In this document: positions 1 to 16,024 of the stretch, in pieces
Layout of the letters: the number at the start of each line of letters is the position of its first letter
Position numbering within the stretch: the first letter of the stretch is position 1
DNA from: the human T2T-CHM13v2.0 reference genome, Homo sapiens
Assembly (NCBI RefSeq): GCF_009914755.1
Contig: NC_060927.1
Length of the DNA stretch: 64,000 nucleotides
Direction: 5' to 3' (one strand)
Program-made: the position numbers and the translations under genes
Notes under the pieces: generated by a model
Databases searched by the model: none
Seen by the model: only the letters and a program-made list of their open reading frames with translations
Told to the model about the DNA's origin: nothing

Positions 1-178
1 AGGAAGGTGCCTATGCTTCACTACCTATGTTTCTACATAAGGCTGCTCCACCTACTCAAGTTCCAGCCATACTTAAGCTACTCCTTTGTGGAGATTCACT
101 CACTTCAAAGCTCTACTGAAAAATTACTTAATAATAATAATGATCAGGTTGACCATACTCAGAGAAAATCCATATTCC

Positions 179-485
179 TTTTTTTTTTTCTCTTCTGAAA
201 TAGGGTCTCACTCTGTCACCCACGCTGGAGTGCAATGGAGTGATTCACGGCTCACTACAGCCTCGACTTCCCAGGCTCAAATGATCCTCTTGACTCAGCC
301 TCCTGAATAGCTGAGACTACAGGCACATGCCACGACTCCCAGCTAATTTTTTTTTTTTTTTTTAAATTAGAGATGAGGTCTCACTTTCCTGCCCAGGCTG
401 GTCTCGAACTCTTGGCTTCAAGCAATCCTTCTGCCTGGGCCTTCCAAATTGTTGTAAGTACAGGAGTGAGCCATTGCACCCAGCC
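179..485 (-). mobile_element. Alu (AluJ-like)
   Basis: Antisense Alu dimer with poly-T, J-type ctcactacagcctcgacttcccaggctcaa. Confidence 0.92.
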
Positions 486-1234
486 AGGAAACCCAGATTC
501 AGAAAGGATATCTGTCTAGAGAAAAATCTCATTCAGTGAATTTAATACTTACATACAACTATGACTTGTAAGTCCAGAGTTTTAGGGTAAGAAGCATGTA
601 ACCATTGTACCCAATGGAGAATTTAAAGCTCAATGTAGTTTGGTGGCTCCAAGATCAAGCCATCCATGTTTATCACCTTATCATAGAAACCAAATATCCT
701 GAAGACTTGCCCTGGAATGACTTCTAGAAAGAAGAGATTATTGTACCCAGACTGGAAAGCTAAACAAAAGCGATGTTTTTCAAAACACATGAATTCACAA
801 GACCCAAGGCTTATTTATGGTAAACCGCCAGCAAATATAAAATCCATAATTCCAGAGTGCACTCAAATGAGGATGAGAAATGCAAGACTCATAAAATCTT
901 GATATCAGGAATGGAGAGCCATGAATGGTGTTTTAGAGAAATTAGTTCAATTCTTAAGTCCTTAGACTTCAGAAAACATTGCCACTTGGAGGGATCTGAT
1001 TAGATTTCCTAATTGCTTTATCACCTATCCTATCCTCCCTGGCTGGTTTGCTGAGCACTATATTAGAGGGTCAGGGAGGTTCCCAGCATCCTTGTCATCT
1101 GTCTTCTACTCTGAGTTTCCAAACACAAAACTCTCCATTCAACCATTATCACCCTGTAGTTCAGCTGGAGGTAAAGAATTACGCGATTGATAACAGTCTT
1201 GTATTGGGTACTCCCATCAATATGAAAAATAACT

Positions 1235-1452
1235 GTAACATTTATTGAGTGTTCATTATACACTAGGCTCTACTGCTTTTATATTCAATAATGGATTTAA
1301 TTCTCACAGCTACTTTTTAAAAATGGGTACCATTTCCCCCTATCATACAGTTGAGAAAAGAGATAGTTACAGAGGTCAGGCAGCTTGCACAAGATCACAT
1401 AGCGAGAAAGGTGCTGAGCTGGAATGCAGTCTGGCTCATCTGATTCTAGAGT
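1235..1452 (-). mobile_element. MIR SINE
   Basis: catttattgag...tacagttgagaa...cttgcacaagatcacatagc, the reverse MIR core. Confidence 0.7.
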
Positions 1453-2669
1453 GTGCACGTATACACACTCAGAGGTTCCAGCTGTAAGCTTCAGAGCAAG
1501 TCCAGCTCTGTTCTGTGAAGTGCTAGCTCTAATTCCAGGAATCTATAGGTGACTGGGGGAGGAAATACAGAAAGAGAAAACAACACATTCTACCTTCTTT
1601 TCTCTCTCAAGAAATTTCTGGACTGTTCAACAACCTTGGCCAAAATCAACTATATCTGCCAAACTTACTGAGCCCCGTGTTAGCGTTGTTCTAGGCACCT
1701 CCCACAACTGACTTGAAGAGAAATCACCCAGGAGACAAAGCACAGGATATAAGAAAGAAAAGAGAAGGGATCATTTTGCCCCTGATATCAAAGAAGCCTC
1801 AAGAACTGATGTAAAGAATGGCTCCTAGTTCCAGAAATCCCTTGGTAGTGAACTCTGAGGCAAATCCTCAAAGAGATGAGGAACACCCACTGCTAATATT
1901 CACTCATCCATTAGCTCACCTCCAGGCCTGGAAAGCCAACTGGATGGTTCTCTAGGAGGAAACAGCCAGATGTGAGACAAAGATACCTAGGCAACTAGCT
2001 GACTTGACAAATAGCCTATCTCTCTGTCTTGCACACACACAGAGGCAGAGAACAGAAAACATGCAACACGGCGGAAAATGTGCAGACTTAGGTTTCCCAG
2101 GCTAGCTCTTGCCCTAGTAATGTACACATGTTCACGGTGCAGTGATAATTTACAGCAACAGGCATGGGCACATGACGCGCTGGACCGACTCCAAAAGAAC
2201 TGATAAGAGTATGAAGGAAACTGAGAACCAAGTGACAATCACCCAAAGACAAACCTCATTGGAATCACGTAGGAGGGGGCGCGAAAAGTGAAGGTCACAT
2301 TTCAGGTATCAAAAGGCAGGAGCTCATTTCACACCTCAGGAAACAAGGATGCCAAAAGTTGAGAGCAAACCTCCAAAGTGCAAGAGGCCATCCCGGTCTA
2401 ATGACTTGGTGTCGTCTTGACCAACCAGGCACACAGTGCGGGAATGGTGCCTGGTCCCGAAACCCATCAGATGGTGGGTTCAAGTTTTACCACTAAGGAA
2501 GAATTTGCTAGCGCTGCAAAGATGGATGAAGAGTTAACACAGCAAGCAAGCCAGGAAGAGAGAAAGAGAGTACATAGGTGTCTGGAAATGTGACAGCCTT
2601 GAGGCAAGGTGAGAAAGCCACCTAGCCCAGGACTCACATCCACAAAGGGCCATAATTTTGGACTTTTGT

Positions 2670-2987
2670 TTATTTTTTTAAATTTGTTTATTTTTTTTTG
2701 AGACAGAGTCTCACTCTGTTGCCCAGGCTGGATGGAGCACAGTGGCTTGATCTCAGCTCACTGCAACCTCTGCCCCCCAGGTTTAAGCAATTCTCCTGCC
2801 TCAGCCTCCTGAGTAGCTGGGACTACAGGTGCCCGCCACCATGCATGACTAATTTTTGTATTTTTAGTAGAGACAGGGTTTCACCATATGTTGCCCAGGC
2901 TGGTCTTGAACTCCTGACCTCAAGCGATCTGCCCACCTCAGCTTCCCAAAGTGCTGAGATTACAGGCATGAGCCACTGCGCCTGGCC
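2670..2987 (-). mobile_element. Alu (AluS)
   Basis: Full antisense dimer; TSD-like ACTTTTGYTTATTTTT on both sides. Confidence 0.95.
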
Positions 2988-2999
2988 CCCAACTTTTGC

Positions 3000-3359
3000 T
3001 TATTTTTATTTTTATATTTTTGTTATTTTATTTTAAATTCAGGGTATATGTACAGGTTTGTTGCATAGATTTATTGCATAATGCTGAAGTTTGGGCTTCT
3101 AGTGAACCCACTGCCCAAATAGGGACCACTGTATCCACTAAGTAATTTTTTAACCCTCACCTTCCCCCTTTTTGGGGTCTCCAGTGTCTATTACTTCCAT
3201 CTTTATGTTCGTGTGTACCCAATGTTTAGCTCCCACTTGTAAGTGAGAACATGTGGTACTTGATTTTCTGTTTCTGAGTTATTTCACTTACGATAATGGC
3301 CGCCAGCTCCATCCATGTTGCAGTAAGAAACATGATTTCATTCTTTTTATGGCTGCAGT
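3000..3359 (-). mobile_element. L1 3' end (old L1PA/L1PB)
   Basis: ctcccacttgtaagtgagaacatgtgg...ccagctccatccatgttgc...catgatttcattctttttatggctgc, the reverse of the L1 ORF2 end and 3'UTR. Confidence 0.88.
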
Positions 3360-3554
3360 TTTGGACTTTCAATGCTCTCTCCAAATCAGATTTAACCTCC
3401 CATCACAGATACACAGTGACAGGAGTGAATTTAATCCTTCATCAAAGAACTTGAACCTGCAGATCCATTATTGGGCCACATCACCTCAATACATCAGAAG
3501 TAATGTTTTGAATAAATCCTGTGAGTCACATTATTATCACGCTGCATTTTATGG

Positions 3555-3561
3555 GAGAGAG

Positions 3562-3596
<35 letters not shown>
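3555..3596. repeat. (GA)n-(GT)16 compound microsatellite
   Basis: Direct reading. Confidence 0.97.
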
Positions 3597-3599
<3 letters not shown>

Positions 3600-4175
3600 C
3601 ATTAACTTATTTGAGTTAAACATTGAGAATATACCATAAATTTTGTAAATCTGTTTTGCCTTTGCATTAAAGATTAGTATTAGGAGCTCTGAAGCAATGG
3701 AAGTGGCCCAGGTGTCTCTCCACTTTTGAGTGGTCCTTTTTTCTTACAAAGAGGTTCAATATTAGAAAAATTTAAATAAGTATACAGTAGATCCAGATGG
3801 AAAGAAATCTAAAAGAAAGGACTCGATGGCTAGATGTTCTTGAAGCATCCAAGAGAGGTCATGGAAAGACAAGAGTCATGTCCTTGAGGGCTGCAAGGTG
3901 ACTGAGCATAGAACTGCATCTGCGAGTAGAAATGGCAAACAGGTGGAAATCACTTTGCTGATGTTGAGGACCAAAAACAAAAGCGATTGTATAAGGAAGG
4001 ACAAGGTCATGGAGCTAAAAATGCAAGAATAGAGACACAGTTTGCAAAAGACACAACAGGTAAGGGTGGCAGATGTAATTATGTAAAATTATATAAGATA
4101 AAAGAGGTTGAACCAGGCAAATATTATCACTTCTGGTAGACAGGGTTAACAGATTACTTAAAAATGTCTGTGTTG

Positions 4176-4746
<571 letters not shown>

Positions 4747-7390
4747 TAATTCTAAAAATCAGATACAGTCACATCACAAGGATAAAGTATTCCAAAATGC
4801 TTGAGAACTGACAAATGTATTTCCGAGATTCCAAGGGGCAGGAAAAGCCCCAGAAGACTGGGAAAGTTGGGGGGGTAGTGGGATATAATGAAGAAGCTTC
4901 AAAAACTGATGAGCCAAGTAATTAAAACCGATCTTCTTCTCTTCCACACCAGGGGCGATACTGAGGGGAAATAATCTTTTTACCATCACTTTGAGAAAAA
5001 CAACCAACATGGTTTGCTTGGAGACACATCATGCCAGCCCCTCTGACCAAGTGATAAGACAGGTAGATAAAGGGGAAATGAGAGATGTAATCTTACAGAC
5101 TTCTGTTAGTCCCCTGATTCTGTCCCTTGTGACATTCTCATCAGTGGGCTGGGAAGATGCAAGCAGGCATACCACACCCAAAGGGCGGTTATCGCTGGTG
5201 TGCTGTCAACCTGGGGATGTCTAACAAGTGATGTTCCACAGGTGTCCACCTGTCCACCAGGATGATTTAATATCTCTATCACTGAGATATTAAGAGAGAG
5301 CTTCCTGTGCCCACTGAGCCAGCCTGGAATCAAATTCCAGGGTCTCCCTATCACCAGCCTGTATCATTACTTCTTTTATTACCCAACATGTAGCCTCGTG
5401 GTTCATCTGTGCAGAAGGAAGACAAAAATCTGGGAAGGTAAATGAACGTAGACAGATAGAAACTTCACTCTGCAGTGGCACCACTACCCATGCAGGCCCT
5501 TCCTGGACTCACAGCTACTCAGAGTGGGGTTTTTTTTGTTTTTTTTTTTTTTTTCATTTAATGGCACATGATGATGCACACAAAACTTCAACTCTCAGTC
5601 TGGAATCAGCCCACAGGTCTGCAGCTATAAAAATCATCTCGAAAACATGAGATTTCAGAGATCCAGTTCTCAGTGTTACCTTGAAGATGACAATTTATGA
5701 AGAAACAGGTGATTTTAATCCGAAATTGCCAGGAAACAAATTACTCCTCAAAAGCCCTTGGAAAGTAATAAGATAGCTAGGCAGAAAAAAAAAGATTCTG
5801 CAAAACTAAACTTAATGTGTATTCATCTAGACCTGAATTAAAAATAAAATTCCACTATAAAAAGAATTTTTCAAAATGTTAGGCCCAAGAATATGGCCAT
5901 ATTGTTCCATCTTGAAGAACCCAGTTGATTCAGTTTCATTACTGGCCTCCCCACTCTTCTAAGTAAGTCCCTCACTATAAACATTTACGAATTCCATCTC
6001 AGCATTAGTACTAAACAATATTCATTAAGAATCCCGCCAAAGTGCAACATGTAAGTAAATCAAAGCTTTGATGCTCTATTTTGCAAATTTCACGGGCCAC
6101 TAGGGATAATTAAAAGGGCAATTATATAAAGTTGGTGCAGTTTTGAGAAACAAATGACATTTTCTGCTTTAAAGCACTTGATAATTTGATATTTTGCTAT
6201 TAGGGCCTTCATGTGTACTTTTATAGACAGGTAGCCAAATAAACAATAAATGTTCCTTAACAGCCTCTAATGATTGTTTTTGCCCACTGATATCACTCAC
6301 CATTCCAGTCCATAAATCATATGCTAAGAGATTAAGGTAAAGATAATGAAAAAGTATTAGAAACCATTAAGTTAGAGGCAGGGGGGAAAAGGCTGAAAGT
6401 GTTGATTTCTTCTATACTTCTTGCCAAAGCACCTAGCAAAGTCTGAGTTTCCGAGTGCTGGAGTGGGTTCGGTTTGTCACTGTGTTTAACCACCGCTCTG
6501 AAGCCAGCAAAGTACATTACAGCTCATGAAAAATACAGCGAAGAAACTGCTCGTGGCAGAAGCATTTAACTTCCTTGTTAGCAGCCTCCCCGAGTGGCAC
6601 TTTTTCACCAGCAAGTTGTTTATTATGTTCGGTGCCAGGCAAAACTGATTAAATGGGGCTCTTAAGAATCAAAGCGTTATAAATTCATGGAAACACAGCA
6701 AGCAATAAATTCCATGGAATTAAAAGCTTACTAGTGCTATTAGCATTTCAGGGTGTTTGAACTGTTAATACTGATGTGCAAAAATGATGTGCCTCTACGA
6801 CAAGGCAGACCACAGCAACACAAGTGACTGGCTCTAAAAACATTTTATCAAAGTGTCACTGGGACCTGGCAGTTGTTAAAGATACAGGAATGGAGGAGGA
6901 GAGTAATTATCTTCAAAATTCTCATTTGCCCTAAAAAGTCAATCCCACAGAAGAGAGAAGGCGCCAAATAAAGGTTTACACACAGGAGAAGAACAAGCAT
7001 AAAAATATTATGCAAAGGATTTATGCTTTAAGTGAATGAAAATTTCGTCTTAACAACCAAGAGGGATGAGAGTTTTATCCTGTAACCTGGTCTTAGCAGG
7101 GATGGGGCCCACCGTGTTTTAACTGGGTTGATCTTAATCTTCTTACAGGACAGATAACCCCAGATCAGGCCCTCAAAAAGTTACCAAGTGGAGTGGACAC
7201 CTTGGCCAATAAATTTTTCTGGTTTGTCATGTTTCATCTTCGACTCTTTCTGGGGGCGTTATAAAGTCTTATTCTAAAGTGACAAGGGGGGAAATCAATT
7301 ATTATGCCATTAGGCAAGTTATATTCTCCCTCCCAAGGTGCAAGATATGAAGTAAATGCTACTGCACCCATCTGTTTAAAGAATACTTCT

Positions 7391-7679
<289 letters not shown>

Positions 7680-10600
7680 GAGAATACTTCCTTCCAACAG
7701 AAACATATCTAAAGATCTGTGGTAAACAAATACAAATGTAGGGAGAGAGAAAAGACAAAAAATTAACAAAGACTTCTTAAAGAATTAGTTTTGTTGATAA
7801 AAAGTGTTAACGATAATTTTACTTTTTTGGTAAAAGAAAGAATTGCTGCCCACCAATTCGGTGTGATCACTTGAAAACACAACTTAAGAGAAAATTCACT
7901 GTAAATCTGGAATTACCAGATTTCAGGAAAAAAGCAATCTAAAGCTGTCAATCTAGACAGACATCCAAACACCTATTCATCCACTCCAGAGCTGGCCAAA
8001 AAAGTACTGTTTATTAACACATCAAGAGAACTTAATTCCTTTGATAAAAGAACCACACGGGTAATAGCATCTACTGACGGATCACTGGTACATATGATTA
8101 TCTCTGGGGCTATGTTCCACATGTGAATATAACATTTGTACTCACTGAAGCTGTCTGTTGCTTCCCTACAGAGAGACAGAGGCTGCTCACGTACCAAAAA
8201 ATAGAAAGGAGACAAAGAGGAAAAACCTTACAGGGAGAAACTCATAACCACTAATGTGCTTTCACTGGGCTTAAGTCCAAAGCCATGGATTGTTACAGAA
8301 GCAACATGTTACAGGGTGTCTGAATTGTTAAAACTGCTGTCCAAATTGGTTCTGCCTCTAGGACAAGACCTACTATGTGTAAAATATTGGCAGGGGCGAT
8401 GAATACATATAAGGCATTGTTCTTGTACTCAAAAAAGCTTAAGAGTCTCACTGGGGACATAATCAATTATAAAGCACCTATTATACATTCTAAATCAGGA
8501 ATCAAAAGAGTCTTAATAGACAGGTTCTCTACCCACTGGGATTTTAGAGTGACTTGAAGATAAGGCATACACCCAAAAAACAACCACCGAACAAGGCAGT
8601 ATTATATCTATCAACATTCTATACACATGGAATAATGGGGTTCTTTTGTGCAAAAGAATCACCAATTATAGGAGAAGGAAGAGTCAAACTTTGATAAATA
8701 GATTACTAGGGAAATTCAGCAATGAAAACGAGAAATAATATGCACAATTTTCTCTCAGCAGTGTCCTCGGCATCCCGGGTGGGTCAACTTCGATGTCCTC
8801 CTGAGGCTCCGTGTAGAATTATACCCAACAGTGGTGAGCAAAACCAGTATGGCCCTTACCATATTGCTCCCATGGGTCTTGCAATATACTAGGGGTGGGG
8901 GATTTCAGGAGGACAAGTAACAGAAGATGGCCTCAGTAATAGAGAAGACCTAGAAGCTTCCATGCCTGTGTCCCACATTTACCCCCCAGCCCCCCACCCC
9001 GGGTATCTGATCCCCTGGTCTTCTCACACAGGTCTCTAGTCCCTTGTTTTCCCTCAAAACTAGAAATTCATTTCTCAGTCCTTTATTCTCATTGACTAGC
9101 AACCCTTTAATGTCACTGGGCTGCAGTCAAGCGTTACACCAAAGAAAAGACACTCATATTGTCCACTGTTCCTAACTAACTGGGAGAAAGAGCTCTGCCC
9201 CTTATTAGGGTCACCTGACTTTGGTCATTTTTTTGACTGGAAAGTCTTTCCAGGATTGCTGCAGATACCTTTTCAAGGGTGACATCTCTTCCCGAACTGC
9301 TAGGGGAAAGCTCAGGTCTAGCTTATTTCTGGACCTGGAGGCAACCATCTCAAGGCCATGGTCTTCCATGGTTTGGAAGGTGCAGCATCTGGAGAAGGGA
9401 AATTGCTCTCTCCCTCCCCCAGTAGAGCCTCCTAACTTCTCACTATACATGAATTAGGACTAAGGGGAGGCCTCACACTCGTGTGTGCGCATCCATCTGG
9501 CTCCCTCTCTGCTGTTCAATCCCCTCTCTTGTACAACGAGCAGAGGCAGTAAGGTGCACATCCTTCTTCCTTCTGGTCCTTGTGCGTCCCATGGGGTCCA
9601 CTTAAGAGTGACCAGATTCAGGTTTGTGTGAGGAATCAGTTCTGTGTGAATTCAAGTTCAATTTCCAAGAAATACTGGCAATGAGGCACTGGGAAGGAAC
9701 AAGTCTAACTAACAATCAAATGATAATTTGCATCCGGCCCTGTCCTCCTTCAAACATGTCTGGCTTATGTGAAGCAGTGTCATCTGATGCTTACACCACT
9801 GTAACCGAATTGGACTCCCACCTCCAATACATGCTCAGGCCCTCACCCTTCCTCCTTGCTACCACAACCCTAACTCAACTGCTTCCTTCTCTCCTCTAAT
9901 CCCCTTGCCTTGGCAGGTTCAAGACTCCAGTGTTGTGTTTTCTAGCACAAAAGTTGGCTGGTATTTTCAAACATGCCCATCCCCCTTCAGTCTTCCTTGA
10001 ATGCAGTCCTACGCCGCCTCCATTATTTCAGTATCCGAGAACAAAGTTTCTGATGACAAAGTCTGTCCTTGGAACACAACCCTTTGCTAATGGGGGGATG
10101 ACTGCTTGATAATAGGGCACTAACTGTGCAGCCCAGACAATGAGCAAAAAAAGAAACTGGGGGGAGGGAGAGAAATAAATAACAATACAAAGTAATAAAT
10201 GACTTCATGCCAAATGCATGGTGAAGGAATCAAATGCTCTACTATTCTGAGCACTGAGTGATTTCCTTGAAAGGTCTGGTCGTGGATGGTGGCTACAAAA
10301 TGAGAAGAGGGCAGTGCAAAGGCCATTGTGAGGCTAGATAAATACAACTTAATGATAATTCAAATTGTCTGCTCATGCTCTTCTCAGACTGGAATGGCTT
10401 CACCCAATCCTCTAACATGTCTACTGAAGAAGTCCTACTCCTCCCAGGAGCCTTCACTGCAGGGTAGCCTCCCTCAGGAGTCTTCCACTAATTTTCCCAA
10501 GTAGAAATGAAGGAGCCCTCCCTTCCAATTCCTTGGGTCGAATATTTCACATCAAAAAGGACTTCCATACTAGCACCAGTGCCTTGTCTACCATGCTGTG

Positions 10601-10749
10601 AGTTTCCTGAGATCTGCAGACATGTTTTATTCATCTTAGTGTTCCCAGGCCTATAGGAGCTCAGGGATTTATCCATTTTAACTATGTTGCAAACAGGAAA
10701 CAGAAGATACAGATAAATGAAAGGCAACCCTCAAGATTGGCCACCTTAA

Positions 10750-11087
10750 CTAAGGACATTAAGAAGAAATATGGTCCTTAGAAGCACATGACCCAAGGCT
10801 ACCCCTGAAGAGTCAGGACAAGAGGCTCAGACCTTCTCTGCACCCCTTGGAGCAGCAAGGTGACAAGGATGGAGTTGCTGGAGCTCGTCACCACCAGGAA
10901 AGGGGTCCTATTAGAAATGGGGTAAATTCAGAAGAGAGCAGAGGGGAGAAATGCAAAGATGGGGTTGTCTAGCCAGGGCTACACCTGACCTATTCAGTTA
11001 TATCATCAAATAAAGTCTCTTTTTGCTTGAGCCAGTGTGGGCTAAGTCTTATATGGCATGCAACTAAAAAAGTATTTTCGATAACAC
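10750..11087 (+). mobile_element. Degraded MLT1-type MaLR LTR
   Basis: 3' end aataaagtctctttttgcttgagccagtgtggg...gcaactaaaa resembles MLT1 termini. Confidence 0.55.
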
Positions 11088-11389
11088 AGTGATCCACGGA
11101 GGTGGAGATAATAATTTAGCATTACAGGAGACAAGCCATACGGAATCGAAAGTCAGGAGTCAGAAGCTGGAAGTAAAGGCTGGGTAGATCTGGGCAAAAT
11201 CAACAGTTTCTTATCACTGGGTTTCTAAAATCAATCAGCAATCTTACTGATTTTCACTGTTGTTAAAAGCAAGGATTTAAAAGAGAGATTATCAAAATTC
11301 AGTATCTGATCAATTGTAGCAGGGCTTGTTGCCCCTTTAGGTAGTAACACTTTGCTCTTTGCCATTCTAGAGCTACGTTTAAATGCATA

Positions 11390-11855
11390 TTATACTCATA
11401 TACACATAATTAAACAGCACCAAAGAGGTAAGCAAGAATAAATTCCACAGCCCCTGGCAACTACCAGTTTCCCTTCCCAAAGGCATCCATTGTTGCCAGT
11501 TTCTTGTCTCTCTATTCCAAAAATATTCTGTACACAATACAATCACATAAGTATTTTGTATGTATATTTCTTTTTCTCCCACTTCATCCAAATACTATTC
11601 TATTTACCCACTTGGTCATTTAATATATATTGGAGATATTTCTGTACCAGTACCTACAGGTGTACGTTCTTTTTTAACAGCTCTGCAGTGATGTCCCTGG
11701 GTGTCCCTCATCCTGGGGATGGACCATAATTTAGCAATTCCCTCCTGACAGACATTTATGGAATTTATTTGCTATTGCCCCCACAGATAATGTTACAAGT
11801 TATAACCATGAACACAGGCCTTTTATCACCTGGGTGGGTATAAGTCCCTAGAAGT
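11390..11855 (-). mobile_element. Old L1M (L1ME-like) 3' fragment
   Basis: ccattgttgccagtttcttg...ttcttttttaacagct...gacattta...gctatt...cctagaagt. Confidence 0.6.
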
Positions 11856-13044
11856 AACAGTCGCTTTTCCCTACTGCATTTGTGATCTAACAGAGTCAAC
11901 AACCCTAAGAGCTGGAAGAATTAATCCCCATTCCCACCTCATGTACCCTACACCTGGGCTTCCCTTTTACTTTTCTTAATTTGTTTCGTTTTGGCAGTTT
12001 TCTGATAGGTTCAGACAAGCAGGTGTCTTTGATGGACGCTGAGAACAAAACATACCGAGGCACAATTCTACTGCAGAATGCAAACAACCTTGTAAAATAT
12101 TCCCCCACCACCTTTTTTAAAGGCCTGGAAGAAAATCATTTGAACCTATACTTAGTGGTGTATGTGAGGCTTCTGGGCATGCGCCGTATTATTAGAGTTA
12201 CACAATGTAGTAATCACATGCCCGTGTCCCTGGAGGTTACGGGAGTGGTTCCCCATCCTCTCATGCTTATCCCTTCTTCGTTTTTTTGTTTTGTTTTGTT
12301 TTGTTGTGTTTCCCTGTCCTTTCCTACCTTTAACATATCCTGCAGCATTCTTTTAGCCTGTTTTCCTCCAGTCTAATTATTCTTCAATTTTAAATAATGT
12401 AATAACTTTGACATTTTCATTTATAGTTAAGCCACGCTAATTTGCACAAATGACGGGTAGACACAGCACAAATTAACAAGCCTGAAAAAAATCAGCAAAC
12501 ACCCAAAAAGCCAATGATTAAAAAGAAATCAGGTTTCTGCATTATGAAATGCACATTTATTTTTCCAAGCAATTTCTGCAGACTTGTGAGAAAGTATGGA
12601 GTAGTGACACTTGGCTGCTTTCTCATGTTCTCCCTTTTCTAAGCTATAGGGTTACTTTCTCTGCATGGTCTTCAGTAATGATGTTTTCTGGACGAAGAAT
12701 CAGGACTTAGAAGCCTAAGTCGTTCTGAGTACAAGGTTCAAAAGGTAGTCTGTGAGCTCAGTTTTGGTCCTATAATATAGGAATTTCTGGCATTTCTGGT
12801 TACAAGAGAGAAAAAAAATGGAAACGGTTCTTCCCTGAAAAATCTAGGATGTGTCTAATCCAGTTTCATTATCTTCCAACTCCACATTAGGGCTCTCTCA
12901 ACACGCTACTCACTCAGCCAATATCTCCATCAGACATGGTCACATCAGAAATCTAGGTGGCATCATTAACCATTCCCTCACTCTCACATCCCTTACTCTA
13001 TCCATCAGTGACTGCTGCCTAATTTTAACCCCTAAGTATATCCT

Positions 13045-13915
<871 letters not shown>

Positions 13916-14247
13916 TTTAAAGACTTCCTGTTCCTTGCCTGTCCACTATCGACACCACAGTCCAAATGACAGCATGCTCTACAATAGCCTCTTGCCACAT
14001 GCATCAGTCTGATGACTGCAGCCTCTAACTCCTCCCTGCATATTATATTCCAGCCATGCAGGCCTTATTTCTTTGCTTCAAGCATGCCAAGTTCACTCCC
14101 ACCTGGAGGACTGGACATTAGTTGCTGCTTCGACATTGAATTGATCTTTCCCTAATCCTTACATGTCTGACTCCTTTTCATCTCAACTAAACTGTTTACC
14201 TTCATAGAGGTATTTTCCCTAGTTAAAAAAAAAATGGTGTTGGAGTA

Positions 14248-14341
14248 TTTATTTAATTAATTAATTAATTAAATTTTTTTAGGGTTGAGGTCTCACTCTG
14301 TTGCCTAAAGTGGGGTAAGGTGGCAGGATCACAGCTCTCTG
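14248..14341 (-). mobile_element. Alu 3' fragment with (TTAA)n tail
   Basis: ggtctcactctgttgcc...ggatcacagctc after ttaattaattaattaattaa. Confidence 0.65.
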
Positions 14342-14944
14342 AGGGCCCAGTTTTGTCTTCATTGGCTCACTAATATAAACTCAGCAAAGAATGCTGTGGC
14401 TGGCACGCAGGAAAAGCCCAAATATGTGATCAAAGCATGAGAAAATGAAGAGTGTGGTCACTTGGATTGCCTACTTCAAGTCCTGGCCATAACACACACA
14501 GGAAGGATGTGACCTGGGCATGCTGGGTGAATGGCTGGCCCCCTCTCTGTGCCTGCGGGAAACAGTAGCCCCTACGTAACCCAGAGAAACCAGATTTTTC
14601 TGAAGTTTCAATGAAGTTATACATAAAGGCATTAAGCAGGGCCTGACACACAGCAAACGTTCAATAATTAGCTACTGTCATCAATAGCTTTTGATATTAT
14701 TCCTGTTTTTTACAGTCAGAAAAGTCTTAGATAAATTAAAAAGGAGTAAGAGAGTTGTCTTCTCTGATGTTCTCCATCTTTCCCTCCTTTATGAGCACAG
14801 AAGCACTGGACAGTAGGCTACAAAAGGTGGTCTATGGTATCTCACTGCCAAGCTGGCTTCCCAGAAGAAAACCCAGCTTGCCTCCATCCTGGTGCTTAAA
14901 ACGGCCGGTCTCAGGAAAGCAGCAATTTGATTAAACAAATTTCT

Positions 14945-15244
14945 GACCGGGCACGGTGGCTCACACCTGTAATCCCAGCACTTTGGGATGCTGAGGCAGG
15001 CAGATCACAAGGTCAGGAGTTCAAGACCAGCCTGACAAACATGGTGAAACCCCATCTCTACTACAAACACAAACATTAGCCAGGTATGGTGGTATGCACC
15101 TGTAATCACAGCTATGCAGGAGGCTGAAGCAGGAGAATCCACTTGAACATGGGAGGCGGAGCTTGCAGTAAGCAGAGATCATGCCACTGTACTCCAGCCT
15201 GGGCGACAGAGCGAGACTCCATCTCGAAAACAAACAAACAAACA
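14945..15244 (+). mobile_element. Alu (AluSg-like)
   Basis: gatcacaaggtcaggagttc; (AAAC)n tail. Confidence 0.94.
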
Positions 15245-15304
15245 ATTCCTAACAAGTAAAATACCAATTAAATAATACCCAGCGGCGCCTTCATGAATCT
15301 CTTA

Positions 15305-15648
<344 letters not shown>

Positions 15649-15793
15649 AGAAATAGGAATTGATACCATTGTTCCAGAAAAGAGTTGGGGAATACATACA
15701 TAAAATTTCAATATAAATCAATACATGTTTATCAAATTTAAATACACATAGCTTTTCACCCAGCATGTCCCAATCTGGTAATTTGCCCTAAAT

Positions 15794-16024
15794 TAGTGCT
15801 TCTCAACTAGGGCAATTTTTTCCTCCATGAGACACTTGGCGATGTCTACGGATACTTTTTCCCTGTCATGCATGGGGCAGGGGTGGTGAGTGGGGAGCAG
15901 AGTTATAGGCATCTAGCAGGTACAGACCAGGGACGCTGCAAAATATCCCACAAATCACAGCACAGTCTCCCACAAGAAAAAACTAGTCAGCCCCAAACAA
16001 AAATAAGCTGATGCTGAGAAACTG
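15794..16024 (+). mobile_element. MER20 (hAT-Charlie)
   Basis: agtgcttctcaac...ttggcgatgtct...ggcatctag...cagggacgctgc...tgagaaactg. Confidence 0.85.

Noticed and set aside
2698-3036. 112-aa ORF, and similar ones at 4154-4749, 18279-18611, 24270-24647, 28061-28387, 57898-58266, 59429-59725 and 61506-61799
   Set aside because: Typical Alu-frame translations ([24 protein letters not shown]); not genes.
11981-12376. 131-aa ORF
   Set aside because: TTG start, no recognisable domain, low-complexity T-rich end, antisense to the host gene.
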